Shown: positions 9,221 through 18,126 of the stretch, piece after piece | How the letters are laid out: each line of letters starts with the position of its first letter | How positions within the stretch are numbered: position 1 is the first letter of the stretch | From: Gammaproteobacteria bacterium | GTDB lineage: Bacteria; Pseudomonadota; Gammaproteobacteria; Pseudomonadales; Azotimanducaceae | Assembly (NCBI GenBank): GCA_028821035.1 | Contig: JAPPHP010000410.1 | Coordinates: 1 to 29,978, forward strand | DNA: 29,978 nt | Direction: 5' to 3' | Program-made: the position numbers and the translations under genes | Notes under the pieces: generated by a model | Database searches by the model: none | The model's input: the letters and a program-made list of their open reading frames with translations, nothing else | What the model was told of the DNA's origin: nothing

Positions 9221-9235
9221 GTCAGGCAGGTTGCG

Positions 9236-10498
9236 TCAGGATGCGCTGTCCGTCAACACGGTCACCCGCACGGTGCGCACGAAGTTCTCCGCCATGCGGA
9301 CGGTCTCGAGCACGTAGGGCCCGATCCGCACGCTGACGTTGCCGTCCGGGAACGACTCCAGTTGCTCCAGGAAGAGGCCGTTCATCGTCCGGGGACCGGA
9401 GGTCGGGAACTCCCATCCGAGCGCGCGGTTCACGTCCCGGACCAGGGCGCTGCCGTCGATGAGGTACGAGCCGTCGTCCTCGCGATGCGCCTCGCCGAAC
9501 CGCGCCGCGAAGTCCGTCGTGAACTCCCCCACGATTTCCTCGAGCAGGTCCTCCAGTGTCGCCATCCCCCGGATGCCGCCGTACTCGTCCACCACCAGCG
9601 CGACGCGGCGCTTCTCACTCTGGAAGTTGTAAAGCTGCGTGTGCAGGGGCGTGCTCGAAGGCACGAAGTACGGCTCCTCGGTCTCGCGGAGCACGTCGGC
9701 CTTGGTGAACGTCTCCCCGGCGAACCGCGCCGCCCGCCGCAGGTGCAGGACGCCCACCACGTCGTCGATGTGCTCGCGGTACACGGGCAGGCGCGTGTGC
9801 TGGGAACTCTCGATCGCCTCGAGGATGGTGGGCGCGTCGTCCTCGAGGTCGATGCCGACGATCCCGGCCCGCGGCACCATGATGTCCTCGACCGTCACGT
9901 TCTCGAGATCGAGGATCCCCACGAGCATCGCCTGCCGCTCGGGCGGTAGCGTGGTGTGCTCGTTGAGCACGGTCTTGAGTTCCGCGACGGAGAGCTGCTC
10001 GGTCTTCTCCTCGGTCCGCGCGATCATCGGCGCTGCCAGCAAGTTGCTGAACCAGTTCACAAAAATCACCACCGGGTACGAGAGCTTCAACAGCGGCTGC
10101 AGCAAGTAGGACGACGGGAAAGCCAGCGTCTCGGGCCTCGCCGCCGCGACGGTCTTCGGGGTCACTTCGGCGAAGATCAGCATGTAGACCGTGAGCACGA
10201 GCGCGCCGACGAAGGGCCCCGCGGTATCGCCGATGAGCCGGGTGGCGACCTCGGTCCCGAACGATGCGGTCAGGAAGATGACGACGTTGTTGCCGACCAG
10301 GATGACGCCGAGCAGCCGGTCGGGCCGTTGCAGCAGTTCGTTCGCCTTGCGCGCGCCGCCGTGGCCCTCAAGCGCCAGGTGCCGCAGCCGGTAACGGTTG
10401 AGCGCCATCATCGCCGTCTCCGACCCGGCGAAATAGCCGGACATCACGGTCAGGACGAGGATGATCAGCAGCAGCGCCCCCATGGACAGCTCGTTCAT
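9236..10498 (-). CDS. HlyC/CorC family transporter (CNNM/DUF21 + CBS pair + CorC_HlyC), YfjD/CorB-like
   Basis: SGYFAGSETAMMALNRYRLRH, ILVGNN, IFAEVTPK, CBS (DIMVPR, HTRLPVY, VVDEYGGIRGMATLEDLLEEIVGE), C-terminal GSYLIDG...GPRTMNG. Start set to MNELSMG (ATG 10498). Confidence 0.92.
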   Translation of the reverse strand: MNELSMGALLLIILVLTVMSGYFAGSETAMMALNRYRLRHLALEGHGGARKANELLQRPDRLLGVILVGNNVVIFLTASFGTEVATRLIGDTAGPFVGALVLTVYMLIFAEVTPKTVAAARPETLAFPSSYLLQPLLKLSYPVVIFVNWFSNLLAAPMIARTEEKTEQLSVAELKTVLNEHTTLPPERQAMLVGILDLENVTVEDIMVPRAGIVGIDLEDDAPTILEAIESSQHTRLPVYREHIDDVVGVLHLRRAARFAGETFTKADVLRETEEPYFVPSSTPLHTQLYNFQSEKRRVALVVDEYGGIRGMATLEDLLEEIVGEFTTDFAARFGEAHREDDGSYLIDGSALVRDVNRALGWEFPTSGPRTMNGLFLEQLESFPDGNVSVRIGPYVLETVRMAENFVRTVRVTVLTDSAS

Positions 10499-10626
10499 GT
10501 GCCTGGCCTCCCGACCCAGAGCGAAGCCGCGGAGCCGCGGCGAGCGACGGGGCGTTGTCCGTCGGGAGCAGTGTTCCACGGAACGACCGCCGCAGGAAGC
10601 CGACACGGTAAGATGCGGCGCCACGT

Positions 10627-11604
10627 ATGAACGCGCCCGTACAGCTCGAGAAGCAGCCGAACAGGTCCGGCGATCCGCATCTGGCCGACCAGGGGTTCGG
10701 GCGCCTGGCGAAGGCGCCGCCACCCCATTTTCCCGGGACCGACCTCGACGGCATCTACGCGTTCTTCGCCGAGAACGGCTACGTCGTGATCGCGGGATGC
10801 CTTTCGCAGGCGGAACTCGGGCACCTGAACGCGTTCTACGACCGCACCCAGGAGGAGCGCCCGGAGGCGTGGGGCCTCGGGCCGCGGAAACCCCACCACC
10901 GCCACCAGGGCCTGATCTTCTCGCAGCCGCTGCTCGACTATCCGGAACTGGACCCGTACACCCGGCACCCGGGTTCGTATCCCGCCGTCTGCCGCCTGCT
11001 GGGCGGCGAGGAACGCGCCCGCTTCAGCGAGTTCAACTTCCGCGAGACGCCGGAGAACGCGGGCCTCGGCGGCCAGAACTTCCACCACGACGCAACGCGC
11101 CCGGACCGCTTCGCGCGAGAGCCGTACATGCCGGTGGACTGGCTGTGCGCCGTGCACTACCTCACCGACGTCGAGCCGGGGACCCCGGCGTTCTGCGTGG
11201 TGCCGAAGAGCAACCGTTTCGGGACGCTCCGGGATGCCTACGAGACGCTCGGGGAGGCCTACCGGGAGATGCCGCTGTTCGCCCCGGCCGGGACATGCAT
11301 CCTGTACGACACCGCCACCTGGCACTGTCGTCTCGACGGCGACGGACGGCGCCGCCGGCGCACCTGGCACCAGTACTACGCGCGCGGCGGCTGGCTGCCG
11401 AGTTCGCTACCGCATACCGACCGCTACGTGCGCCCGCCCACGCCCTGCCTGACCGACTGGAACCTGTTTCCCGAACGCCTCGCACTGCACCCGGACCCGG
11501 CGACGCGGCTCTTCTTCTCGCACTGGAACACCGCCCAGTGCGAGTGGGTCGCATCGGGGTTCTCGGACGCGGTACGACGGAGCATGCCGCGGGGGTATCA
11601 GTAA
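10627..11604 (+). CDS. Phytanoyl-CoA dioxygenase family (PhyH-like Fe(II)/2-oxoglutarate oxygenase)
   Basis: FFAENGYVVI N-terminal motif, H-x-D (FHHDA), AVHYLTDV, FCVVPKSN, PAGTCILYD..TWHCR distal His. Confidence 0.85.
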   Translation: MNAPVQLEKQPNRSGDPHLADQGFGRLAKAPPPHFPGTDLDGIYAFFAENGYVVIAGCLSQAELGHLNAFYDRTQEERPEAWGLGPRKPHHRHQGLIFSQPLLDYPELDPYTRHPGSYPAVCRLLGGEERARFSEFNFRETPENAGLGGQNFHHDATRPDRFAREPYMPVDWLCAVHYLTDVEPGTPAFCVVPKSNRFGTLRDAYETLGEAYREMPLFAPAGTCILYDTATWHCRLDGDGRRRRRTWHQYYARGGWLPSSLPHTDRYVRPPTPCLTDWNLFPERLALHPDPATRLFFSHWNTAQCEWVASGFSDAVRRSMPRGYQ

Positions 11605-11640
11605 CCCCCACGGACACCGGGGAAAGCCGTCAGCAGACGG

Positions 11641-12006
11641 TTACGGCTGCGCCACCCAGACGTTGCACCAGCCCTTCGCGGCGACCAACCGGCCCTTGGG
11701 GGGCACCGCTCCCGCTATCGGGAAAAGGGCGCACGGGGCCCAGCCGTCGGCCTCCTCCGCATTGGCGTAGTGCAGGCAGTTGTCGCAGAACTGGGTCTTG
11801 CCCTCTGCCGTGGCGCGCTTCGGGAATCGGGTGGTGTCCACCGCATCCGCGTCATGGCGATACCCGAAGGCGACGGCCACCGGGTCGCTCTCATCCAGCC
11901 TTGGGGCCGCATCCTGGGCAAGCAGGTTCACTGCGGGGATGACCGCGAGTCCCGCGGTCGTCGCGGCGACGAATCGCCGACGTGTCCATGTCGGTCCTGG
12001 CACCAT
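11641..12006 (-). CDS. High-potential iron-sulfur protein (HiPIP) with Tat signal
   Basis: TRRRFV twin-arginine leader, LDESDP.A...GY, CxxC (CDNC), WAPCALFP, GWCNVW. Four cluster Cys present. Start set at ATG 12006. Confidence 0.9.
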   Translation of the reverse strand: MVPGPTWTRRRFVAATTAGLAVIPAVNLLAQDAAPRLDESDPVAVAFGYRHDADAVDTTRFPKRATAEGKTQFCDNCLHYANAEEADGWAPCALFPIAGAVPPKGRLVAAKGWCNVWVAQP

Positions 12007-12063
12007 GCTTCCTCGTGCTCCTGAAATGGCAGCGCGCAATGATAGCGCCCGGCCCCTTCCGGG

Positions 12064-13284
12064 TCAGCCGACGGCGGCCTCCCGCGCCAGTCGCGCATCC
12101 AGCGACCAGAGCCTGGACGCGAACCCCACCGCGCAGAGCGCGGCCAGCATCGCCGCCGCGGAAACCACGAGGGCGCGTTCCGCCCCCCACCACTCGACCA
12201 TCAGGCCCGACAGCATCGTGCCGAGGGGCGCCGACGACATGAACGAGAAGCCGAAGAACGACATCACCCGCCCGCGCTGGTCCGGCGGGGCCCGCTCCTG
12301 CATGATCATCCGCGCCATGCTCATGCCGAGTCCCGCGCAGGAGCCCCAGGCGCCGATGCACAACACGAACGCCGGAAACTCGAGGCCCGCCCCGGCCAGC
12401 CCGAGCGCAACGGAGCCCACGCCGCTCGCCACCAGCAACAGCCGCCCCGGCCGGCGCACATCGCCGACCAGCAGGAGCACGAACACCGCGGCGATCAGAC
12501 CCACCGCGTTGGCGGTGGAGAGCCAGGCGAGGTCATTGGCGGAGCCGTCGTAGACCTCCCGCACCAGCAGGGGAATGGTCACGACGTAGGGCCCCATGAA
12601 GAAGAGGCCGACGGCGAAGTTCTGCACCACCACCCCGCGCATGGACCGCGAGCCCATCACCGTGCGGGCGCCGTCGGCCACGGAGCGCGCCAGTTCGCCC
12701 ACGGCAGATCCGGACCGCCGGGGAGCAACGATCGGCGGCACGGCCACCCCCGCGAGCGCGACCGCCCCGATGACGAGGACGGCCGCCTGCACGAGCACGA
12801 CCGGACCGGCGCCGACCCGGTCGGCCTGGCCCGCCACCAGGAACGCCACGATCTGGATACCGAACTGCACCAGCGTCACGAGGGCGACCGTCCGCTGGAT
12901 ACGCTGGCCGGCCACCTGGTTCAGCAGGCCGTCGCGCGCCGGCGTCAGGAACGCCTGGGCGCATCCCATCGCCACCGCGAACGCGATCATGAAGCCGAAC
13001 GTCAGGCCGTCCAGGGCCAGCACGACCCACAGCGCCAGCACCGGTAGGGTGGCCGCCACCTGGGACGCCACCGCGACGCGCCGTCCCCCGTAGCGGTCGG
13101 AGATGCTGCCGCCCACCAGCATCAACAGCATCGCGGGCACCAGCATCGCCGTCTGCGCGACGCCCACCATGCGCGGCGACTCGTGGAGCACGATGGTCAC
13201 GAGCCACGCGAACATCACGGTCTGGATGCCGTTGCAGGCGAACCAGCCGCTCGTGCCGACGAGGTAGTAGTGGAGTGGCCGCAA
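12064..13284 (-). CDS. MFS transporter
   Basis: About 12 hydrophobic segments, motif A (GGSISDRYGGRRV), QERAPPDQRGRVMS. TTG start is tentative. Confidence 0.88.
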   Translation of the reverse strand: MRPLHYYLVGTSGWFACNGIQTVMFAWLVTIVLHESPRMVGVAQTAMLVPAMLLMLVGGSISDRYGGRRVAVASQVAATLPVLALWVVLALDGLTFGFMIAFAVAMGCAQAFLTPARDGLLNQVAGQRIQRTVALVTLVQFGIQIVAFLVAGQADRVGAGPVVLVQAAVLVIGAVALAGVAVPPIVAPRRSGSAVGELARSVADGARTVMGSRSMRGVVVQNFAVGLFFMGPYVVTIPLLVREVYDGSANDLAWLSTANAVGLIAAVFVLLLVGDVRRPGRLLLVASGVGSVALGLAGAGLEFPAFVLCIGAWGSCAGLGMSMARMIMQERAPPDQRGRVMSFFGFSFMSSAPLGTMLSGLMVEWWGAERALVVSAAAMLAALCAVGFASRLWSLDARLAREAAVG

Positions 13285-13390
13285 AGCCTCGTGTCCCGGG
13301 TCCGTCCGTCGGGACGAGGCTATCAGCTTGGCGCTTCCCGAGCCCCCTTCGCCGGCGGTCGCGAGGCCCCGCGGCCCACGCCACGAGGTG

Positions 13391-13419
13391 TTGAATCCAC
13401 CCCCGCCCGACCTTAGAAT
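13391..13419 (+). promoter_or_regulatory. Sigma70-type promoter of tRNA-Glu
   Basis: TTGAAT (13391-13396), 17 bp, TAGAAT (13414-13419), then GC-rich discriminator CCGCGCC, 14 bp before the tRNA. Confidence 0.75.
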
Positions 13420-13433
13420 CCGCGCCTTCCCGC

Positions 13434-13509
13434 GTCCCCTTCGTCTAGAGGCCTAGGACACTGGGTTTTCATCCCAGTAACAGGGGTTCGACTCCCCTAG
13501 GGGACGCCA
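13434..13509 (+). tRNA. tRNA-Glu (anticodon UUC)
   Basis: GTCCCCTTCGTCTAGAGGCCTAGGACA-CTGGG-TTTTCAT-CCCAG-TAACAGGGGTTCGACTCCCCTAGGGGACGCCA: 76 nt cloverleaf, TTC anticodon, encoded CCA, very close to canonical proteobacterial tRNA-Glu. Confidence 0.98.
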
Positions 13510-13555
13510 CAAGCTCTCTCGACTCCTCCGCCCGATCAGGCGTGGCGTGCCCCGA

Positions 13556-13978
13556 TCATCCCGTCGCCCAAGGATCGATGACCTCGACGCCCGTGCCTTC
13601 AAAGTCCCGGATGTTTCGCGTAACGAGGCTTGCGCCGTGCGCGCGCGATATGGCGACGATCTGGCAATCGGCTTCGCCGATCGGGCGCCCCGCCAGGCGG
13701 CGGTCCGCGGCAATCTCCGCGTAGGCTCGTGCCGCGGCGCTGTCGAACGGCAGAATCCTGTCGGAAAAGCCGCGTTCCAGCCATCGACGCATGGCGGATT
13801 CAAGGGCGTTGCGTCGTTTGCCCGCAGGCAGGATCGCTACGCCGAAGCGCAACTCCGCTTCGCTTATCGCAGTCAGGTACATCGTCGCGGCGTCGCGTTC
13901 GGCAATCCACGCGGCGACGCTGGGCGTTGGCGTGGGACGCATGAGATCGGACGCAACATTGGTGTCTATGACGAGCAT
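13556..13978 (-). CDS. vapC: PIN-domain toxin (VapC/FitB-like)
   Basis: LVIDTNVASDLMR, LTAISEAELRFG, ILPFD..AA..YA, IGEADCQIVAI, LVTRNIRDF. Confidence 0.93.
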   Translation of the reverse strand: MLVIDTNVASDLMRPTPTPSVAAWIAERDAATMYLTAISEAELRFGVAILPAGKRRNALESAMRRWLERGFSDRILPFDSAAARAYAEIAADRRLAGRPIGEADCQIVAISRAHGASLVTRNIRDFEGTGVEVIDPWATG

Positions 13979-13987
13979 GCGGGTCGT

Positions 13988-14236
13988 TCAGGAGAAGTCC
14001 GGCGGCTCACGCATCGGGCTGCGGCGCGCGGGAAGTTCGAGTTCCACACCGCCAAGCGGCGCGAAACACTCGTGGGTGAAGGCCGCCAGGTTCCGGGGAC
14101 GACCGAGGTCACCGTTCACCGCATCGCGCAGGATGATGCGCACTTCCTCCTCCATCGAACGGTGATGCTCCGCGGCGCGCACGCGCAGGCGGGTCTTCAC
14201 GTCGTCGTCGAGATTGCGGATCGTGATACTCGCCAT
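13988..14236 (-). CDS. FitA-like ribbon-helix-helix antitoxin
   Basis: MASITIRNLDDDVKTRLRVRAAEHHRSMEEEVRIIL, directly upstream of the PIN toxin. Confidence 0.92.
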   Translation of the reverse strand: MASITIRNLDDDVKTRLRVRAAEHHRSMEEEVRIILRDAVNGDLGRPRNLAAFTHECFAPLGGVELELPARRSPMREPPDFS

Positions 14237-14267
14237 CGCCCGTGCCTCGTTGTCGTATCGCCCCCTC

Positions 14268-14296
14268 AACCTACAGTATGCTTGCAGTGCAAGCAA
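14268..14296 (-). promoter_or_regulatory. Putative promoter of the TA operon with overlapping palindromic operator
   Basis: Minus strand TTGCTT (14291-14296), 17 bp, TAGGTT (14268-14273). Perfect inverted repeat TGCTTGCA-G-TGCAAGCA at 14279-14295. Confidence 0.6.
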
Positions 14297-14404
14297 ACAC
14301 GGATTCGGGCGGGCCGTGAGGATCTCTCCGGGCTCTGGATCAAGGCCAGGACCGGGTGGAAACCGTGGCGGGGAGCGCGCGAAGCTGTCTGTCCGACAGG
14401 CTGC

Positions 14405-15427
14405 TCAGCCCGATGCCCCCTGCCTGAGCTCCGGGATCACTTCATGGCCGAGACGTTCCATACTCGCCGCAACGTGCGCGGGATCGGCGTCGCGCGAGCC
14501 TGTCAGGAGCACGAGTCGATCCAGACCCTGATCGATCAGTTCCCGCAGGCGTTCCACGCAGTACGCCGCCGGGCCCACTACCGCGAAACGCGCGACAAAG
14601 TCGTCGGAAACCGCCTGCATGTGCGCCGCCTTGCCGCTGGCGTGATTGGCCATGTCGTAGTTCTCACCGATGTGCTGGAACACGGCAGCGTCCTGGAGGC
14701 CGTCACAGGCGGCACTGGACATACCGCTGAAGTGAGCGAATGTGCCGGTGCTGCCACGGACGACGTCGATACCGCGCTGCATGTCGTCGTCGCAGGCCAC
14801 GTTGACGTAGGCGCCAAAACTCAGCTCGGCCGGGTCGCGGCCGGCCTCTCGAGCGGCCTGTCGCGCGGCCGTGACGCCGGCCGCGATACGCGTCGGATCC
14901 GCCCCCATCGCAAAGGTGATTCGATCGGCAAGACGCCCGGCCATTGCGATCACCCGCGGGCCGGTGCTGGCGACGTCGACCGGCACCTTCGGTTGTCCGC
15001 TCCCGGCAATCCAGGCAATGCGGCTCTCATAGCCGTCCAGGTCGACCGGCTCCCCCCGCAGATACGTCTGCAACTGCTGGAGGTAGACTTCCAGACGTTT
15101 CGCCCCCGCCGGCTTCTGCCCAAGGTAGCCAAGTGACGAGTCGCCACGGCCGATGCCCACCACGGCTCGCCCGCCTGACTCCACCTGCACGGTCGCGATT
15201 GCAGACGCGGTTACCGCGGGGAGGCGGGTCACCGGGTTGGTGACCGCGGTGCCCACCTTGAGTCGCGAGGTCGCCTTCGCCGCGAGACACATCGCCGAGT
15301 AGATGTCGCCCGAAAGGCACTGTGTGTCCGCGAAATACAGACCGTCCCAGCCATGGTCTTCCGCCGCGCGAGCAGCACGCTCGCTGTTGCCGGGCATCGG
15401 AAAGGTGATCTGCCAGAACTCCGTCAT
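14405..15427 (-). CDS. LLM-class flavin/F420-dependent oxidoreductase (Mer-like)
   Basis: AEDHGWDGLYFADTQ, VGTAVTNPVTR, SGGRAVVGIGRGDSS, VASTGPRVIAMAGRLAD, VVGPAAYC. Start set at MTEFW (ATG 15427). Confidence 0.88.
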   Translation of the reverse strand: MTEFWQITFPMPGNSERAARAAEDHGWDGLYFADTQCLSGDIYSAMCLAAKATSRLKVGTAVTNPVTRLPAVTASAIATVQVESGGRAVVGIGRGDSSLGYLGQKPAGAKRLEVYLQQLQTYLRGEPVDLDGYESRIAWIAGSGQPKVPVDVASTGPRVIAMAGRLADRITFAMGADPTRIAAGVTAARQAAREAGRDPAELSFGAYVNVACDDDMQRGIDVVRGSTGTFAHFSGMSSAACDGLQDAAVFQHIGENYDMANHASGKAAHMQAVSDDFVARFAVVGPAAYCVERLRELIDQGLDRLVLLTGSRDADPAHVAASMERLGHEVIPELRQGASG

Positions 15428-15652
15428 CTGTTGTCCCCCGGTATGGTCGTCGCATGGAACCCCGAGAGAATATACCGGTCGCAAGTTCGGAGACCTGGTC
15501 CCACAAGGCTCCTCGACGCTGGCGTGAAAGCAGACCGGGGACTACGTTGAGCCCGCCCGGAGTCTGTGCAAGGATGCGGCGCCGCCGATGCGCTCCCGCC
15601 GGGCGCGCGGAGCACGGCATGGACACACACTGACCCACCAGGGAGAAGCCTC

Positions 15653-16135
15653 TTGTCCACCACCCTCGCCGACATCGCACCCCCGTTCGTGGCCATGGCG
15701 CACCGCATCGTCTGGTGCACGGCCGCGACGGTCGACGCTCAGGGTCGCCCGCGGTCGCGCGTCCTGCACCCCATCTGGGAATGGGACGACGGGACGCTCA
15801 CGGGCTGGATCGCGACCGCACCCACCGCGACGAAGCGCGCGCACCTGGAGGCCAGCCCCCACGTCTCCTGCAACTACTGGGCGGAGAACCAGGACACCTG
15901 CGTCGCGGAGTGCCACGCGGAGTGGGGGTTCGACCTGGCCACCCGCGAGGCGCTTTGGGAGCGGTTCAAGTCGGCGCCGGCGCCGGTCGGCTACGACCCG
16001 GCGATCATTGCCATGTGGGAGGGGCCCGAGAGCCCGGCGTTCGCCGCCCTGAAGCTGACGCCCTGGCGCCTGCGCGTAATGCCCGGAGCGGTCATGACGA
16101 CGGGTGCGGGCGAGGTGCTGACCTGGCAGGCCTGA
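15653..16135 (+). CDS. Pyridoxamine 5'-phosphate oxidase-like (split beta-barrel flavin-binding) protein
   Basis: IVWCTAATVDAQGRPRSRVLHPIWE...K..HL..SPHVS...F.ALKLTPWRLRV. TTG start at 15653 after GGGAGA. Confidence 0.8.
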   Translation: MSTTLADIAPPFVAMAHRIVWCTAATVDAQGRPRSRVLHPIWEWDDGTLTGWIATAPTATKRAHLEASPHVSCNYWAENQDTCVAECHAEWGFDLATREALWERFKSAPAPVGYDPAIIAMWEGPESPAFAALKLTPWRLRVMPGAVMTTGAGEVLTWQA

Positions 16136-16162
16136 GGGGCCGTCGTCGCCCGCCGGTACCGA

Positions 16163-17122
16163 TCAGAACCGGACGCCGAGCCCGACCGCGTAGGTGACGT
16201 CCGACGCCGGGCTGTCTTCCGGCGGCTCGGTCTCGTGGCGCACGTCGACGCGCGCGTTGGCGTTCCACCTGGCGCCCAGGTGATAGCGGACGCCCGTCGA
16301 CGCTTCGATGCTCATGCCACGGTCCGACTCGGCACGGACCAGGACGCCGTGGTTGTGGAAGAGTTCGAGCCGGTTGCCCCAGAGGAACCTTCCGTAGTCG
16401 AGGCCCCAGCGCGCCGCCGGACCGGTGGAGTCGTCGCCGCCGCGTTCCTCCAGCACCTGGCTCACCCCGAGTTCCACCGACCAGCGCTCGAACGACGTGT
16501 CGCGCAGCCGGCGGCCCACGCTGCCACCCAACGCGACGCGCTCGCCGATGCCCTTGAGGCGGTCCTGGTAGTACTGCACATTGCCGGCGACGTACCAGGC
16601 CGGCCCGAACGCCACCTTCAGGCCGTAGTCGATGTCCAGGAGGTCCCCGGTCCGGATGCCGTCGACCTCCTCACCGAGTACGTCCGCGCGCACCTGGTGC
16701 TCCATCCTGCCCCGGCGCAGCGTGCTCTCCGCCAGGACGCGGAAGTCCTCCTCGTCCCGGCTGCCGCTCGCGGCGGAGGCGGACAAGTCCACGTGGGTCT
16801 GCCAGCTATCCACCAGGGAGAGCCCCCGCAGGCGGTTGCGCCGGATCACTGCGACCGGCGCGAGCGGTTCGTCTTCGGTCAGCACGGCCACCCGCCGGCT
16901 GCCGTTCCGCTCCACCAGTTCGAACGCGTCGTCGGTCTCGACGTGCGCCACCGCTTCGCGGTCCACGACCAGGCTCCCGGCGTACTCCGTGTCGAACATG
17001 ACCCGGTCGCCGGCCATGCCGACGAGATTGCCGGTCAGGCGGTCGCCGTTCTGCATTACCAGGACATCGGCCCCGGCGCAGGCCGCCAGGGCCACGACGA
17101 CCGTCCCCGCGACGCGCGTCAC
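16163..17122 (-). CDS. DUF481/YdiY-like outer-membrane beta-barrel protein
   Basis: Signal-like start, ADVLVMQNGDRLTG N-domain, alternating beta-strands, C-terminal YAVGLGVRF. GTG start overlaps the upstream TGA (GTGA). Confidence 0.8.
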   Translation of the reverse strand: MTRVAGTVVVALAACAGADVLVMQNGDRLTGNLVGMAGDRVMFDTEYAGSLVVDREAVAHVETDDAFELVERNGSRRVAVLTEDEPLAPVAVIRRNRLRGLSLVDSWQTHVDLSASAASGSRDEEDFRVLAESTLRRGRMEHQVRADVLGEEVDGIRTGDLLDIDYGLKVAFGPAWYVAGNVQYYQDRLKGIGERVALGGSVGRRLRDTSFERWSVELGVSQVLEERGGDDSTGPAARWGLDYGRFLWGNRLELFHNHGVLVRAESDRGMSIEASTGVRYHLGARWNANARVDVRHETEPPEDSPASDVTYAVGLGVRF

Positions 17123-18048
17123 GCCGGCTCCGCCGCCTCGAGCAGCGCCTTGCCCACCCAGTGCCGCGCGAAGTACTGCGCGGTGCGACCGCTGCGCACG
17201 CCGCGCGCCAGGGCCCACTGCAGGGCCGCCTTGCGGACCTCCTCGGTCCACGGGCAGTGCGCCCCGTGCCGTTCCGCGAGGCGCGCCAGCCAGTGGCGGA
17301 CGACGTCGAGGTATTCGTCCTGCCGGAACGGGTAGAAGGACAGCCACAGGCCGAAGCGGTCCGATAGGGAGATCTTCTCTTCCACGGCCTCGCCTTCGTG
17401 GATCTCTCCGCCCCGGTGCCCGGCCTCGAGGTTATCGGCCATGTACTCGGGAATCAGGTGGCGGCGGTTCGACGTCGCGTAGATCACGACGTTCTCGCTG
17501 CGCGCGAACACGGAACCCTCGAGGGCGCTCTTCAACTCCTTGAACGAGGGGTCGTCCGCCTCGAAGGACAGGTCGTCGCAGACGATGACGAAGCGGAACG
17601 GCTCTTCGCGCAGGGACGCGGCGATGTCGGAGATGCCCGCGAGCGCCCGCTTGTCCACCTCGACGAGACGCATCCCGCGTTCGGCGTACCGGTTCAGCAG
17701 CGCGTGGATCAGCGAGGACTTGCCCGTCCCCCGCGCCCCCCACAGCAGCGCGTTGTTCGCCGGGTGCCCCGCCACGAACTGCGCGGTGTTGGTCTCGAGC
17801 TGCTCCTTCTGGCGGTCGATGCTGAGCAGGTCGTCGAGCTCGATGTCGTCGACGTGGGTGAGCGGCACGAAACGACCGCCGAACTCGCGGCGCCACGCCG
17901 CCGCGCGCGTCCGCACCCAGTCGACGCGCCCGGCCGCGGGGAGCAGGTCCGAAACCCGGCGCACCAGCGCGAGGCCGCTTGCGACCAGTTCCTGCAGTCC
18001 GTCCTTCACGTTCCGGGCAACTTCGGGGGCAGCCGAGAGGTGCGGCAT
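17119..18048 (-). CDS. DUF815 family AAA+ ATPase
   Basis: ANNALLWGARGTGKSS (Walker A), IVCDDLSFE (Walker B), YATSNRRHL, EEKISLSDRFGLWLSF, RSGRTA. Start set at MPHLS (ATG 18048). Confidence 0.9.
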   Translation of the reverse strand: MPHLSAAPEVARNVKDGLQELVASGLALVRRVSDLLPAAGRVDWVRTRAAAWRREFGGRFVPLTHVDDIELDDLLSIDRQKEQLETNTAQFVAGHPANNALLWGARGTGKSSLIHALLNRYAERGMRLVEVDKRALAGISDIAASLREEPFRFVIVCDDLSFEADDPSFKELKSALEGSVFARSENVVIYATSNRRHLIPEYMADNLEAGHRGGEIHEGEAVEEKISLSDRFGLWLSFYPFRQDEYLDVVRHWLARLAERHGAHCPWTEEVRKAALQWALARGVRSGRTAQYFARHWVGKALLEAAEPA

Positions 18049-18126
18049 TGTAACCGCGCCTCCCCACCGGGGCTCCGCCAGACTCGCTATACACTGCGCC
18101 CGGAGCCGACGGGCCGGGAGACATGG

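Noticed and set aside
11624-11642. Small hairpin CCGTC-AGCA-GACGG between convergent PhyH and HiPIP genes
   Set aside because: The stem is short and has no U-tract, so it is too weak to call a terminator.
13485-13509. Possible att site at the tRNA-Glu 3' end
   Set aside because: No direct repeat longer than a chance 9-mer (ggggacgcc near 5268) and no integrase in the window.
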